From Armatimonadota bacterium (GTDB lineage: Bacteria > Armatimonadota > Fimbriimonadia > Fimbriimonadales > GBS-DC): DNA of 64,000 bases. Shown piece by piece: positions 23,739 through 33,461 of the stretch (its first letter is position 1; every line of letters begins with the position of its first letter). Position numbers and translations under genes: made by a program. The stretch spans positions 1 to 64,000 of the forward strand of contig JBBIML010000011.1 of NCBI GenBank assembly GCA_037444405.1, written 5' to 3'. The notes beneath the pieces were generated by a model that did no database searches, had not been told where the DNA came from, and saw only the letters and a program-made list of their open reading frames with translations.

Positions 23739-24362
23739 TCACAACAGCAGCAGATAGAGGCTGGCTTCGACCTGTTCCATCGTGTAGAACTCATACCCGC
23801 GTGCCCGCAGCTTGATCAGCATGCGGGGCAATACCTCCAGCATCGGCAGAATGCCATCGTGCAACAGGATAATCGCGCCGTTGACCACACGCTCCAGCAC
23901 GCGCGCCTCGATCAGCGCGCCCTGCGATATGCGGTAATCTTTGGGCGCAACGGTCCATAGCACCGTCGTTAGCCCTTCCGCCCGCGCCATCTCAATCACC
24001 TTGCGATTGCAATCGCCACCCGGCGGTCGACAAAAACGCATTCGGTAGCCCGTAATCAGCTCAACCGCGCGGTTGCACAGTCGCCACTCCGCTCGCACGA
24101 TGGCAGGCGGCAAGGAAATCAGGCGACGATGGGTAAAGCTGTGATTGCCCAGCGTGTGCCCTGCATCATGGATGGCACGCACCAGATGGGGGAGCTTGAG
24201 TGCCTGCTTACCCACCACGAAGAAAGTTGCCTGCACGCGCTGCTGCTCCAGAATGCGCAACAGGCGTGGCGTGCGGTTCAGATGGGGACCGTCGTCAAAA
24301 GTGAGTGCCACCGCCCGCAGATAGGGGTTCCCCCGCATAATCTTGTCTAAACTCAGACTCAC
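23739..24362 (-). CDS. Polysaccharide deacetylase (CE4)
   Basis: LTFDDGP, GNHSFTH, RPPGG, ILLHDG. Confidence 0.92.
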   Translation of the reverse strand: MSLSLDKIMRGNPYLRAVALTFDDGPHLNRTPRLLRILEQQRVQATFFVVGKQALKLPHLVRAIHDAGHTLGNHSFTHRRLISLPPAIVRAEWRLCNRAVELITGYRMRFCRPPGGDCNRKVIEMARAEGLTTVLWTVAPKDYRISQGALIEARVLERVVNGAIILLHDGILPMLEVLPRMLIKLRARGYEFYTMEQVEASLYLLLL

Positions 24363-24405
24363 TGCCCGCTCCCTCCGCGCAATAGGATTACGATAGAAAT
24401 ATATC

Positions 24406-24930
24406 TCAAGCGTTTACTTCCTCAGCATGGAGGGAACCCTTTGTAATCCAGCGATCGAACATGAAGTGGAAAAGCGGGGTGTGAAGCGAGATGATGAACG
24501 CATGGAATTTGTAATTCGTGCCCCAGTGGAAGAGCGCACCAATACCCACTATGAAGAGAAAGGTGCAGACACCGATAGTCAGCCAGCCTGTCAGCATGGA
24601 CGGCGTGCCACGCGGCAATCGCACCCATTCGGGAGCAGGATACCCAAGCCATTCTGCTGGCGGGTTGAGTAGCTGGGGGTATATGAGGTGGTAAGGGCGC
24701 TCGGTATAGCGCTGGAGCATCGCGATCAGCCAGAGGGCGCCCAGCGCCATGACAGGGACCGTGTCGAGCCATCGCCCGCGCCACAGCCCCAGCACATCCA
24801 GCAACCCGACCGAACAGAAAAAGAGGATTGCACCGCCCAGTAGCTCTATACCAATCGGCAGCTGCGGCGGTTTCAGGTTGCTACCTTTGTAGCTCTCAAT
24901 CGCTTCGCTATCCCTTTGCTCCTCGCCCAT
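24406..24930 (-). CDS. Hypothetical membrane protein (about 4 TM)
   Basis: GGAGG before ATG 24930; four hydrophobic segments. Confidence 0.6.
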   Translation of the reverse strand: MGEEQRDSEAIESYKGSNLKPPQLPIGIELLGGAILFFCSVGLLDVLGLWRGRWLDTVPVMALGALWLIAMLQRYTERPYHLIYPQLLNPPAEWLGYPAPEWVRLPRGTPSMLTGWLTIGVCTFLFIVGIGALFHWGTNYKFHAFIISLHTPLFHFMFDRWITKGSLHAEEVNA

Positions 24931-25034
24931 GTGCGCCTCCTGAAAGGGGGTGTCCTCTGGCGACGCCTGTAAATAAGGATACCACACATGGTTGGTGCTT
25001 TCGTGCCTGACGGTGCAGAGGTATAATGCGGGCG

Positions 25035-27149
25035 ATGAGTGCAACTGCGACGCTGTTGCTGGAGATTGGCTGTGAGGAGATACCCGCGGCGTTCATGCGC
25101 AGTGCGCTGGAGCAGCTGAGAGCGCGGCTGGAAGAGACCCTGCGCGACTCGCGCCTGCCATTTGAAACCGTGCGCGTTTATGGCACGCCCCGCCGCCTGA
25201 TCGCGCTCGCCGATTCGGTGGCAACCCATCAGACGCCTGAAGAGCGCGTAGTGCGCGGTCCCGCCAAGCGAGCATGCTTCGATGCGGAGGGCAAACCAAC
25301 CCAGGCGCTGCTCGGCTTCGCCCGCTCGCAGGGCGTGGAGCTCGATCAGGTGCAGTTTGTGGAGACCCCACAGGGCGAATACGCCATCGTGCAAAAGCGC
25401 GACGAGGGTCAGCCCGCCGTTACGGTGCTGGCGAACGCCCTGCCCGCGCTCATCCGTGAGATGAGCTTCCCCAAAACCCTGCGCTGGGGCACGCACAAAC
25501 TGCGCTTCGGGCGACCCATCCGCTGGATCGTCGCCATGCTGGGCGAGCAGGCAATTGAGTTCGAGCTGGACGGCATCCCATCGGGGCGATTCAGCCGCGG
25601 GCATCGATTCAGGGCGCCAGAACCGTTCGAAGTGCGCTCGCCTGAAACCTTTCTCCAGCAGCTGCGCGAGGTGTGGGTGATGGCAGACCCGGAGGAGCGC
25701 AAGGCTCTCATCCGTGAGGAGGCTTTTCGGCTCGCCCGCGAGGTGGACGCCCAGCCGCTCATCAGTGATGACCTGCTGGAAGAGAACACCTTTCTGGTGG
25801 AGTACCCGCATCTGCTGCGCGGCGCCTTTCCCGAAGCCTTTTTGCGCCTGCCCGCGCCCGTGCTGATCTCCGCGATGAAAAAGCACGAGAAGTTTTTCCC
25901 GCTGGTGAACGCCGAGGGCAGGCTGTTGCCCGGCTTCATCTCGGTCTACAACAACGGCAAGCCTGACCATGTGCGCGAGGGCAACGAGTGGGTGCTGATT
26001 GCCCGCTTCAACGATGCGAGCTTCTTCTTTGAGGAGGATTTGAAGCAGCCGCTGGAGGCGTTCGTGCAGGGGCTGGAGCGGATGCTGTTCCAGCAGAAGC
26101 TGGGCACGCTGGCGGACAAGACGCGCCGCCTGCAGAGGCTGGCAGAGCGGCTGGCGCGCGCACTCGACTGGGATCAGCCGACGCGCGAATGCCTGCTGCG
26201 AGCCGCTTTCCTGTGCAAAGCCGACCTCGCCACCCAGATGGTGATGGAGTTCCCCGACCTGCAGGGGATTATCGGCGAGGAGTACGCGGTTCGGTCGGGC
26301 GAGCCGCTGTGCGTGGCGCGAGCCATCGCCGAGCATTATCAGCCGCGCACCGCCGACGACGAACCGCCCCGCACGCCCGCTGGACGCGCGCTCGCCGTGC
26401 TGGATCGCATCGACACGCTGGTCGGCTATGTGGGGCTGGGCTACCTGCCCAAAGGCTCCTCGGACCCGTTCGGACTGCGCCGCGCGGCGGCAGGCGTGGT
26501 GGAAATCCTCGCGGAGGAACCCGATTATCCCACGCTGTCGGAGCTGGTGCAGGTGGCGCACGATGAGTACCGCGCGGGCGGTGTCGCGCTCAAGCCGCTG
26601 CCCGCCGTGCAGACCGACCTGCGCACCCTGTTCTATAGCCGACTGGAGGCGCTGTTAGAGGAGCAGGGCGTTCGGTACGATTTGATTCGCGCGGCGCTGG
26701 GCGGCGGCTGGGACGATTCGGTGTACGGCTTCGTTCAGCGGGCGCGACTGCTGCAGGCGCATCGGGATGAACCGACCTTCCGCGCGCTGGTGCTGACCGC
26801 GACGCGCCCCGCCAACATCATCGCCGCCGCCCGCAAGAAGAACATTAACGCCCTCGCCAGCCTGAACGAGGTGGACCCCACCCTGTTTGAGCATGAGGTC
26901 GAATCGCGCCTCTACGCGGTGCTGCAGTCGCTGACTCCGCAGTTTGAGGCGCTCGCCTACCGACACGACTACGGCACGCTCTACACCCTTCTGCAGGAGC
27001 AGCTGGGCGAGCCGGTGAACAGGCTATTTGACCATGTGCTGGTGATGGCGGAGGACGAGGCGTTGCGTCGCAATCGCCTCAATTTGCTCGCCTGCGCCAA
27101 CCGCCTCTACCTCGCGCTGGCGGACTTCACACAGGTGGTGGAGGGATAG
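25035..27149 (+). CDS. glyS: Glycine-tRNA ligase beta subunit
   Basis: LLLEIGCEEIP, TPRRL, FGRPIRW, CKADL...EFPDLQG, GSSDPFGLRR, RRNRLNLL. Confidence 0.97.
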   Translation: MSATATLLLEIGCEEIPAAFMRSALEQLRARLEETLRDSRLPFETVRVYGTPRRLIALADSVATHQTPEERVVRGPAKRACFDAEGKPTQALLGFARSQGVELDQVQFVETPQGEYAIVQKRDEGQPAVTVLANALPALIREMSFPKTLRWGTHKLRFGRPIRWIVAMLGEQAIEFELDGIPSGRFSRGHRFRAPEPFEVRSPETFLQQLREVWVMADPEERKALIREEAFRLAREVDAQPLISDDLLEENTFLVEYPHLLRGAFPEAFLRLPAPVLISAMKKHEKFFPLVNAEGRLLPGFISVYNNGKPDHVREGNEWVLIARFNDASFFFEEDLKQPLEAFVQGLERMLFQQKLGTLADKTRRLQRLAERLARALDWDQPTRECLLRAAFLCKADLATQMVMEFPDLQGIIGEEYAVRSGEPLCVARAIAEHYQPRTADDEPPRTPAGRALAVLDRIDTLVGYVGLGYLPKGSSDPFGLRRAAAGVVEILAEEPDYPTLSELVQVAHDEYRAGGVALKPLPAVQTDLRTLFYSRLEALLEEQGVRYDLIRAALGGGWDDSVYGFVQRARLLQAHRDEPTFRALVLTATRPANIIAAARKKNINALASLNEVDPTLFEHEVESRLYAVLQSLTPQFEALAYRHDYGTLYTLLQEQLGEPVNRLFDHVLVMAEDEALRRNRLNLLACANRLYLALADFTQVVEG

Positions 27150-27152
27150 AAG

Positions 27153-28313
27153 ATGCAAGATGGCATGCAGAGGCAGCTGGAGATATTTCGGAAGGGCTTG
27201 CTGGGGCAGCGGGAGGCGTTTCCGATATCGCCGGAGGCGCTGGAGGAGGCTGCCCGCGCCGTGCTGAAGCCAGAGGCGTATGACTATGTGGCGGGCGGAG
27301 CTGGCTCCGAATCGACGGTGCGGGCGAATCGGGAAGCGTTCGAACGGTATCGGCTGGTGCCGCGCCTCCTGCGCGATGTGTCCCAGCGCGATTTGAGTAT
27401 TGAGCTTTTTGGCAACCGCTATCCTGCGCCTGTGCTGATTGCTCCCGTGGGCGTGCAGAAGATTCTCCATCCCGACGGCGAGCTGGCGATAGCGCGGGCA
27501 GCTGCCGCGCTGGGTATCCCCTTCATCTTGAGTACGGTCTCTTCGTATCCCATCGAGCAGGTGGCGCAGGCGGCAGGCGACACCCCACGCTGGTTCCAGC
27601 TCTACTGGAGCCGTGACCCGAATGTGGCGGCGAGCTTCGTGCGCCGCGCCGAAGCCGCCGGCTATCAGGCAATCGTGGTCACGGTGGACACCTCCCTGCT
27701 GGCGTGGCGAGACCGCGACCTGAGCCATGCCTATCTGCCCTTTATGCACGGTGAGGGGCTGGCGAACTACTTCACCGATCCCGCCTTTCGCGCCGCGCTC
27801 GCTCAGCCGCCAGAGGAGGACCCTGGCAGCGCGGTGCTGCACTTCGCGCAGATTTTCGGCAACCCTGCGCTCACATGGGACGATCTCGAGTTCCTGCGCC
27901 AGCAGACGCGCCTGCCAATCCTGCTCAAGGGCATTCTGCATCCCGACGACGCACGGGAGGCGGTGCGACGCGGTGTGGATGGGATTATCGTGTCCAATCA
28001 TGGCGGGCGGCAGGTGGACGGCGCGATCGCCGCGCTGGATGCCCTGCCGATGGTGGCGGAGGCGGTGGAAGGTCGCATCCCTGTGCTGTTCGATGGCGGC
28101 GTTCGGCGCGGCGCCGATGTGCTGAAGGCGGTCGCGCTCGGCACGGAGGCGGTGCTGCTGTCGCGACCCGTGATGTGGGCGCTGGCTATCGGCGGCGCAG
28201 AGAGCGTGCAGACCTATCTGCGCAACTTCCTCGCCGAACTCGACCTGACGCTCGGTCTCATCGGCTGCCGCACCATCGCTGAGGCGAAGCAAGCAACAAT
28301 AAGCCGATCTTAA
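27153..28313 (+). CDS. FMN-dependent alpha-hydroxy-acid oxidase (lactate 2-monooxygenase-like)
   Basis: YVAGGAG, WFQLY, LLKGI, VSNHGGRQVDG, FDGGVRRG. Confidence 0.92.
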   Translation: MQDGMQRQLEIFRKGLLGQREAFPISPEALEEAARAVLKPEAYDYVAGGAGSESTVRANREAFERYRLVPRLLRDVSQRDLSIELFGNRYPAPVLIAPVGVQKILHPDGELAIARAAAALGIPFILSTVSSYPIEQVAQAAGDTPRWFQLYWSRDPNVAASFVRRAEAAGYQAIVVTVDTSLLAWRDRDLSHAYLPFMHGEGLANYFTDPAFRAALAQPPEEDPGSAVLHFAQIFGNPALTWDDLEFLRQQTRLPILLKGILHPDDAREAVRRGVDGIIVSNHGGRQVDGAIAALDALPMVAEAVEGRIPVLFDGGVRRGADVLKAVALGTEAVLLSRPVMWALAIGGAESVQTYLRNFLAELDLTLGLIGCRTIAEAKQATISRS

Positions 28314-28320
28314 AGTGTAC

Positions 28321-28348
28321 CCCTTCTCCCCTTGTGTGGGGAGAAGGG
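28321..28348. repeat. Hairpin between convergent genes (boxC-like half element; may terminate transcription)
   Basis: CCCTTCTCCCC-ttgtgt-GGGGAGAAGGG. Confidence 0.7.
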
Positions 28349-28355
28349 CAGAGTC

Positions 28356-29441
28356 TTACATTCGGCGGAGCATCTGGCGCAGTTCGGAGTGGATGCCCGC
28401 GTAGTTGAGCGCCTCTTCAGGGGTGATCAGCCCTTTTTGCACATAGCCGAACAGGCACTGGTTCATCGTGCGCATGCCCCAGTGCCCGCCTTCGGCAATC
28501 GCTTTATAGATGTCGCTGATATGCCCATCCTCGATCATCTTTTCGACGGTGGGCGTGTTAATCATAATCTCCACCGCCGCGATGCGCCCCTTGCCATCGG
28601 CGCGGGGCACCAGCTTCTGCGCGACGATGCCGCGAATGCTGTTTGCCAGTCGCTGAAGGATATGCTTCTTGTCCTGTGGCGGGAACATGTTCACGATACG
28701 GTCCATCGTCGCATACGCGCTGGGCGTGTGGACGGTGGAGAAGACGAGGTGTCCCGTTTCCGCCGCCTGCATACAGGCTTGCATCGTTTCCACATCGCGC
28801 ATCTCGCCGATGAGGATGATGTCGGGGCTTTCGCGCACCACCACGCGCATCGCGTCGATGAACGATTCGGTGTCGATATCCACCTCGCGCTGGCTGACGA
28901 TGCATTGCTTATCCTGATGCATGAACTCGATGGGGTCTTCGATAGTTACGATGTGCCCGCGCCGCTCCTCGTTGATGAGGTCGATCATCGCGGCGAGCGT
29001 GGTCGATTTGCCGGAGCCAGTAGGACCAGTGACCAGGATCAGCCCCTGTCGGTAGCGGGTGAGGCTGGCGAGCACCTGCGCGATCTCTGGCTCTTCGGGC
29101 CAGAGTTCTTCCAGCCGCCAGTGCTGGAGGGGGATCAGGCGGAACACGCCCGCGACGGTCTGGCGCTGTTGATAGACATTGGCGCGCACGCGGCACACAT
29201 CGCCCACCGTGAAGGCGAGGTCAATCGCGAGCCGATGCTCGAAGCGGGCAATCTGCTCGTGTGTCATGATGCTGAAGCAGAGGTCGCGGCTTTGCGCGGG
29301 TGTGAGCGGCTCGCGGTAGTTCTCGAAGGGCGCGATTTTGCCGTGCAGGCGTATCATGGGAGGTGTGCCCGCCTTAATAAACACATCCGAGGCGCGAAGG
29401 GCGAACGCCTCCCGCAAAAGCGTCTCCAGGTTGTAGTTCAT
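28356..29441 (-). CDS. pilT: Type IV pilus retraction ATPase (PilT/PilU)
   Basis: GPTGSGKSTT, TIEDPIE, ILIGEMRD, ETGHLVFSTVH. Confidence 0.93.
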   Translation of the reverse strand: MNYNLETLLREAFALRASDVFIKAGTPPMIRLHGKIAPFENYREPLTPAQSRDLCFSIMTHEQIARFEHRLAIDLAFTVGDVCRVRANVYQQRQTVAGVFRLIPLQHWRLEELWPEEPEIAQVLASLTRYRQGLILVTGPTGSGKSTTLAAMIDLINEERRGHIVTIEDPIEFMHQDKQCIVSQREVDIDTESFIDAMRVVVRESPDIILIGEMRDVETMQACMQAAETGHLVFSTVHTPSAYATMDRIVNMFPPQDKKHILQRLANSIRGIVAQKLVPRADGKGRIAAVEIMINTPTVEKMIEDGHISDIYKAIAEGGHWGMRTMNQCLFGYVQKGLITPEEALNYAGIHSELRQMLRRM

Positions 29442-29456
29442 CGCTCTCTAACCTCC

Positions 29457-30176
29457 TCAATCTCTGTAGATTTCTGTTTGGACGGTCTGACCGTGCGTTT
29501 GTCGCCTGAGCAGATACGCCACCGAGAGGTAGATTCCTATCCCCACCAGCAGCGCGATCAGCACCACACCGAGCAATCCCCAGCCGAGCCAGGGATTGGG
29601 TCGGGGGGCGGGTGGAGGGGCGGGCTTCGGTGGCGGACGCTTGAGCGGTATCTCCAGCACATTCGGGTCATGGGTGGCTATCTGCAGCACGAATCGCCAC
29701 AGGCGCGGCTCGGTCTGCGCCCACATCTGCAGATGGGGTGAAGCGTAAAACGGATAGCCCTGATAGCGGGCTTGTTGGGGCAACACGGTATAGACATGGA
29801 TGGTGGTAAGGTCGGCGAAGGTGCGCGCCAGCGGTGTGAGCGCGACCGTGCCCTCCCTGAGATTCACCAGCCCGGCGGTGTAGAAGCTGACCGTGGTGAG
29901 CAAATCTTCGGGGTGCGGGTTGCGCTTGAGGCTATCGTCCCGAATCTCCAGTCGGGACGCGGGTTGCTGGCTCCACTGCTGATAGTGCGCCACGCGCGCC
30001 CGCACCTGCTCGTGCGGAACGCGCCGATCAAAGGTCCATGTCATTAGGTAGGAGCCATCAGGCTGAACATAGAGCATGATGACCACTTCGGGGCGCTGTG
30101 TGAGGTCGGGCGCAGGCTGAGGATTGATGGGCGCAACCAGCGCGATACTCACGAGCAGGCTAACTGCTCGCACCAT
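29457..30176 (-). CDS. Hypothetical exported protein with a C-terminal TM anchor
   Basis: Signal-like N-terminus, Pro-rich linker, hydrophobic helix followed by basic residues. Confidence 0.65.
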   Translation of the reverse strand: MVRAVSLLVSIALVAPINPQPAPDLTQRPEVVIMLYVQPDGSYLMTWTFDRRVPHEQVRARVAHYQQWSQQPASRLEIRDDSLKRNPHPEDLLTTVSFYTAGLVNLREGTVALTPLARTFADLTTIHVYTVLPQQARYQGYPFYASPHLQMWAQTEPRLWRFVLQIATHDPNVLEIPLKRPPPKPAPPPAPRPNPWLGWGLLGVVLIALLVGIGIYLSVAYLLRRQTHGQTVQTEIYRD

Positions 30177-30248
30177 TCCTGCAGCGTCTTGCCATCCGCG
30201 CGATAAAGCCCCCATCGCCAATCTCACTCCCGACACACCCTGCGGAGT

Positions 30249-32105
30249 CTACCCGACGGCGGGCATCCAGACGCGCATGGGGCACGGCTCGCGGTTGTCC
30301 CATGCATAGTACGGGATGGCGCGGAAGCGGGTCGGCTCGCGCGGTTTGAGCGGGCGGTAGAGCGCGTCGCCCCAGTCCGATTCGGGTGGCAGGGCGAGCG
30401 CCGCGCCCTCGATCACCATCATGCCGCCCAGCAGGCTCGCCTCCCAGCGTGCCTCCAGAGCGTTATCGGTGCGTACTGCCAGCCGATGCAGCGGCACCGA
30501 CTGGTCCCGCTCTTCGAGGCAGTAGACGAAGGGACCGCGCTGGATGGCGACCTGCCAGCGGTCGGCTTCCACCTGCGGGTGGGCTTCCATCAGGCGCGGC
30601 TCCATCGGCAGGTGCAGCTCCACGCGGTCGCCCTCGCGCCATTCGCGCCGAATGACCGCGTAGCCGTTCTCGCGCGTGATGGGTGTGGCGACGCCGTTCA
30701 CCTTCAGGCTGGGCTGGTCGCACCAATCGGGCAGGCGCAGATGCAGCCCGAAGCGCATCGGGGCTTCCGGACGCAACGCCAGATGAACCACGCCCCGCCA
30801 CGGGTATTCGGTCAGCACCTCCAGCCGCACCCTGTGCCCCATGAGTTCCGTCTGCATGCGGCTCTCCACATAGAGGTTGACCCACAGGTCGCTCTCGCTC
30901 TGCGCGTAGAGGTAGCCGCCCAGCGACGCCAGCAGGCGGGCGATATTGGGCGGACAGCAGGCGCAGCTGTACCACGCCCGCCGATGGTGGCTGCCGTCGC
31001 TCTCCAGCGGGTTCACATAGAAGAAGCGGTTGCCACTCAGCGAGATGCCTGCCAGCGCCGCATTATAGAGCGCGCGCTCCAGCGCGTCGAAGAAGCGTGC
31101 CTCGCCCAGCAGAAGCCCCATCCGATGCGCCCAGAAGATAAGCGCGATCGACGCGCAGGTCTCCTGATAGGCGGTGCGGTTCGGCAGCTCATAATCGCGC
31201 GTGAAGCCTTCATGGCGGGCTTCGTTGCCGATGCCGCCCGTGATGTAGGTGCGCCGACTGATCATGTTGTCCCACACGCGCAGCAGCATGCGCAGCAGCG
31301 TCTCGTCGCCCGTCTCGGCGACCAGATCGGTCGTGCCCGCGAAGAGATAGGCAGCCCGCACCGCGTGCCCGACAATCTCCTTCTGCTCGGCAAGCGGCAC
31401 ATTGTCCTGCCAGATGGAGCCATCGTACTGATCGAGCGGGATGTTATGCTCTTTCGCGAAGAATTTGCTCCCGCGATTGATCAGGAAGAAGCGGGCAAGT
31501 TGCAGATAGCGCCGTTCCCCGGTGGCGCGATAGAGGCGGATGAGCGCGAGTTCGATTTCGGGATGCCCGCAGTAGCCCATGCGCTTGCCGGGCGCGTCGC
31601 CGAACACCGAGTCGATGTAGTCGGCGTAGCGGGTGGCGATGTTGAGCAGGCGGTCGCTGCCCGTCGCCTGATAATGGGCGACGGCGGCTTCAAACAGGTG
31701 TCCCGCGCAGTAGAGTTCATGCCAGTCGCGCAGATTGCTCCAGCGTTTATCGGGCGCAACCACCTGAAAGTAGCTGTTGAGGTAGCCTTCAGGCGTCTGC
31801 GCCCGCTCCAGAATGCCAATCACCTCGTCGAGCTTGTCGCGGATAGGGTCGTCGGGATGGTGCGCCAGCACACAGGCGGCGGCTTCCATCGCCTTGTAGA
31901 GGTCGGAGTCCATGTAGAGGGGTCCCTGGTAGCCCTCGCGTTTGCCGTCGGCGGCGAGGCGCATGTTGGGGATGTTGCCCGCCTGCTCCAGCTGCTCGAA
32001 CAGGTGGGGTAGCGTGATGCGCCGATTGGTCTGCAGGCGCGGCTCCCAAAACTGGTCGTGTATCTCCACCTGTGTATGTGCAATCGCCCTCGCTTTGCCT
32101 GCCAT
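30249..32105 (-). CDS. Glycoside hydrolase family 127 (beta-L-arabinofuranosidase-like)
   Basis: DSDLYK, HELYCAGH, GHPEIE, GHAVR, ETCAS, CACCPPN, IPYYAWDNR. Confidence 0.93.
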   Translation of the reverse strand: MAGKARAIAHTQVEIHDQFWEPRLQTNRRITLPHLFEQLEQAGNIPNMRLAADGKREGYQGPLYMDSDLYKAMEAAACVLAHHPDDPIRDKLDEVIGILERAQTPEGYLNSYFQVVAPDKRWSNLRDWHELYCAGHLFEAAVAHYQATGSDRLLNIATRYADYIDSVFGDAPGKRMGYCGHPEIELALIRLYRATGERRYLQLARFFLINRGSKFFAKEHNIPLDQYDGSIWQDNVPLAEQKEIVGHAVRAAYLFAGTTDLVAETGDETLLRMLLRVWDNMISRRTYITGGIGNEARHEGFTRDYELPNRTAYQETCASIALIFWAHRMGLLLGEARFFDALERALYNAALAGISLSGNRFFYVNPLESDGSHHRRAWYSCACCPPNIARLLASLGGYLYAQSESDLWVNLYVESRMQTELMGHRVRLEVLTEYPWRGVVHLALRPEAPMRFGLHLRLPDWCDQPSLKVNGVATPITRENGYAVIRREWREGDRVELHLPMEPRLMEAHPQVEADRWQVAIQRGPFVYCLEERDQSVPLHRLAVRTDNALEARWEASLLGGMMVIEGAALALPPESDWGDALYRPLKPREPTRFRAIPYYAWDNREPCPMRVWMPAVG

Positions 32106-32215
32106 CGTGAAGAGTATACCTGCTCTCTGAAAAATCCCCGCGTTTTTGCCGATAATCGAAGCCAGCGTGATGGAAAGAGTGCCAACAGGTTGCCGTCACA
32201 GGGAGGCATACGCGC

Positions 32216-33031
32216 ATGTATGAGGCGTACTGGGGCTTAACGGAACCGCCGTTCACCCTGACCCCCGACCCACGCTTCCTCTATATGAGCAAGGAACATG
32301 AGGACGCGCTGGTGATGCTGCATTACACCATCACCCGCAATCGGGGCGCAGGAATGCTGGTCGGCGATATCGGGCTGGGCAAGACGACGCTCAGCCGTAA
32401 ACTGCCGGAGCTGCTCGACCCTGTCGAGTACAAAATCGTGCTGATAGTGAACCCCGTGCTGACGCCTATCCAGCTGTTGCAGGAGGTGCTGCACCAGCTC
32501 GGCGTGCCCACCATCAGCCGCAATCGGCAGGTGCTGGTTCAGCAGCTGTTCGATCACCTGTTGCAGCTGTATGAGCATGGTCAGCGCGTGGTGCTGATTG
32601 TGGACGAGGCGCACCTGATCCGCTCACTCCAGACTTTTGAGGAGTTGCGCCTTTTGCTCAATTGCCAGATGAACGACCGGTTCCTCATCAGTTTGCTGCT
32701 GCTGGGTCAGTTGGAGTTGCGCAAGAAGATTGAGCGGGTGCCTGCGCTCAAGCAGCGTCTGGCGGTACGCCATCAGCTGAAACCGCTGGACCAGCAGGAG
32801 ACCGCCGCCATGATTGAGTTTCGGTTGCGCACGGCGGGCTACGCAGGCGAGCGTATCCCGTTCACCCCCGATGCGCTGTACGAGCTGTATCAGCACACAG
32901 GCGGCTACCCGCGCCTGATCTGCCAGCTCGCCGATAACGCGCTGATGATTGGGATGGCGGAACGCGCCAGCCAGATCGACGGGTTTTTAATGCACAGCGT
33001 GATTATGGACTTCGAGGGCAAGGAGTGGTGA
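32216..33031 (+). CDS. ExeA/GspA-family AAA ATPase
   Basis: MYEAYWGL..PF..TPDP.F, GDIGLGKTT, IVDEAH, LLGQ.EL, GYPRLI. Confidence 0.92.
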   Translation: MYEAYWGLTEPPFTLTPDPRFLYMSKEHEDALVMLHYTITRNRGAGMLVGDIGLGKTTLSRKLPELLDPVEYKIVLIVNPVLTPIQLLQEVLHQLGVPTISRNRQVLVQQLFDHLLQLYEHGQRVVLIVDEAHLIRSLQTFEELRLLLNCQMNDRFLISLLLLGQLELRKKIERVPALKQRLAVRHQLKPLDQQETAAMIEFRLRTAGYAGERIPFTPDALYELYQHTGGYPRLICQLADNALMIGMAERASQIDGFLMHSVIMDFEGKEW

Positions 33032-33032
33032 G

Positions 33033-33461
33033 ATGAACCTGGTGGACGCTATTCGCAAAGCGGCGCAACAGTCGCAGGGTGTGCAGGGTGAGAGCGCAAC
33101 GACCGCGCCTCGTGCGCCAGCCAGCGCGCCCGCAAATGCATCCGACGCCCCTCAGCATGAGCCAGAGGCGATGCAGACCGTGCGCTTCGAGGTGCGGCTC
33201 ACCAATCAGCAGCTCTATGACCTGCTCAGCTGGCTGGCTCGCGCGTTGCACCCTGTGATGACCTTGCGCGAGGCGGCGCACTATCTACGCCTGCGCATTG
33301 CCGAACTCGAAGCGCTCGCCGAGCAGGGAGCCATCCCCGCGTTCAAAGTGGATGGGCGCTGGCGGTTCCTCAAAAATGCGCTCGACGAGTGGATGCTGCT
33401 GCAAAAAGCGAGCGATCTTGAGACCCACCTTGAGGAGAAGGAGGAGAGCCATGCCGCGTAG
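33033..33461 (+). CDS. Excisionase-like HTH (HTH_17) DNA-binding protein with an N-terminal helical motif
   Basis: MTLREAAHYLRL...IPAFKVDGRWRF...LDEW. Confidence 0.8.
   Translation: MNLVDAIRKAAQQSQGVQGESATTAPRAPASAPANASDAPQHEPEAMQTVRFEVRLTNQQLYDLLSWLARALHPVMTLREAAHYLRLRIAELEALAEQGAIPAFKVDGRWRFLKNALDEWMLLQKASDLETHLEEKEESHAA

Noticed and set aside
32177..32185. CIRCE-like half site GAGTGCCAA upstream of exeA
   Set aside because: No matching left arm at the 9-nt spacing.
33033..33461. Excisionase marking a prophage or integrative element
   Set aside because: No integrase, att-like repeat or phage gene; the gene is embedded in the pilus operon.
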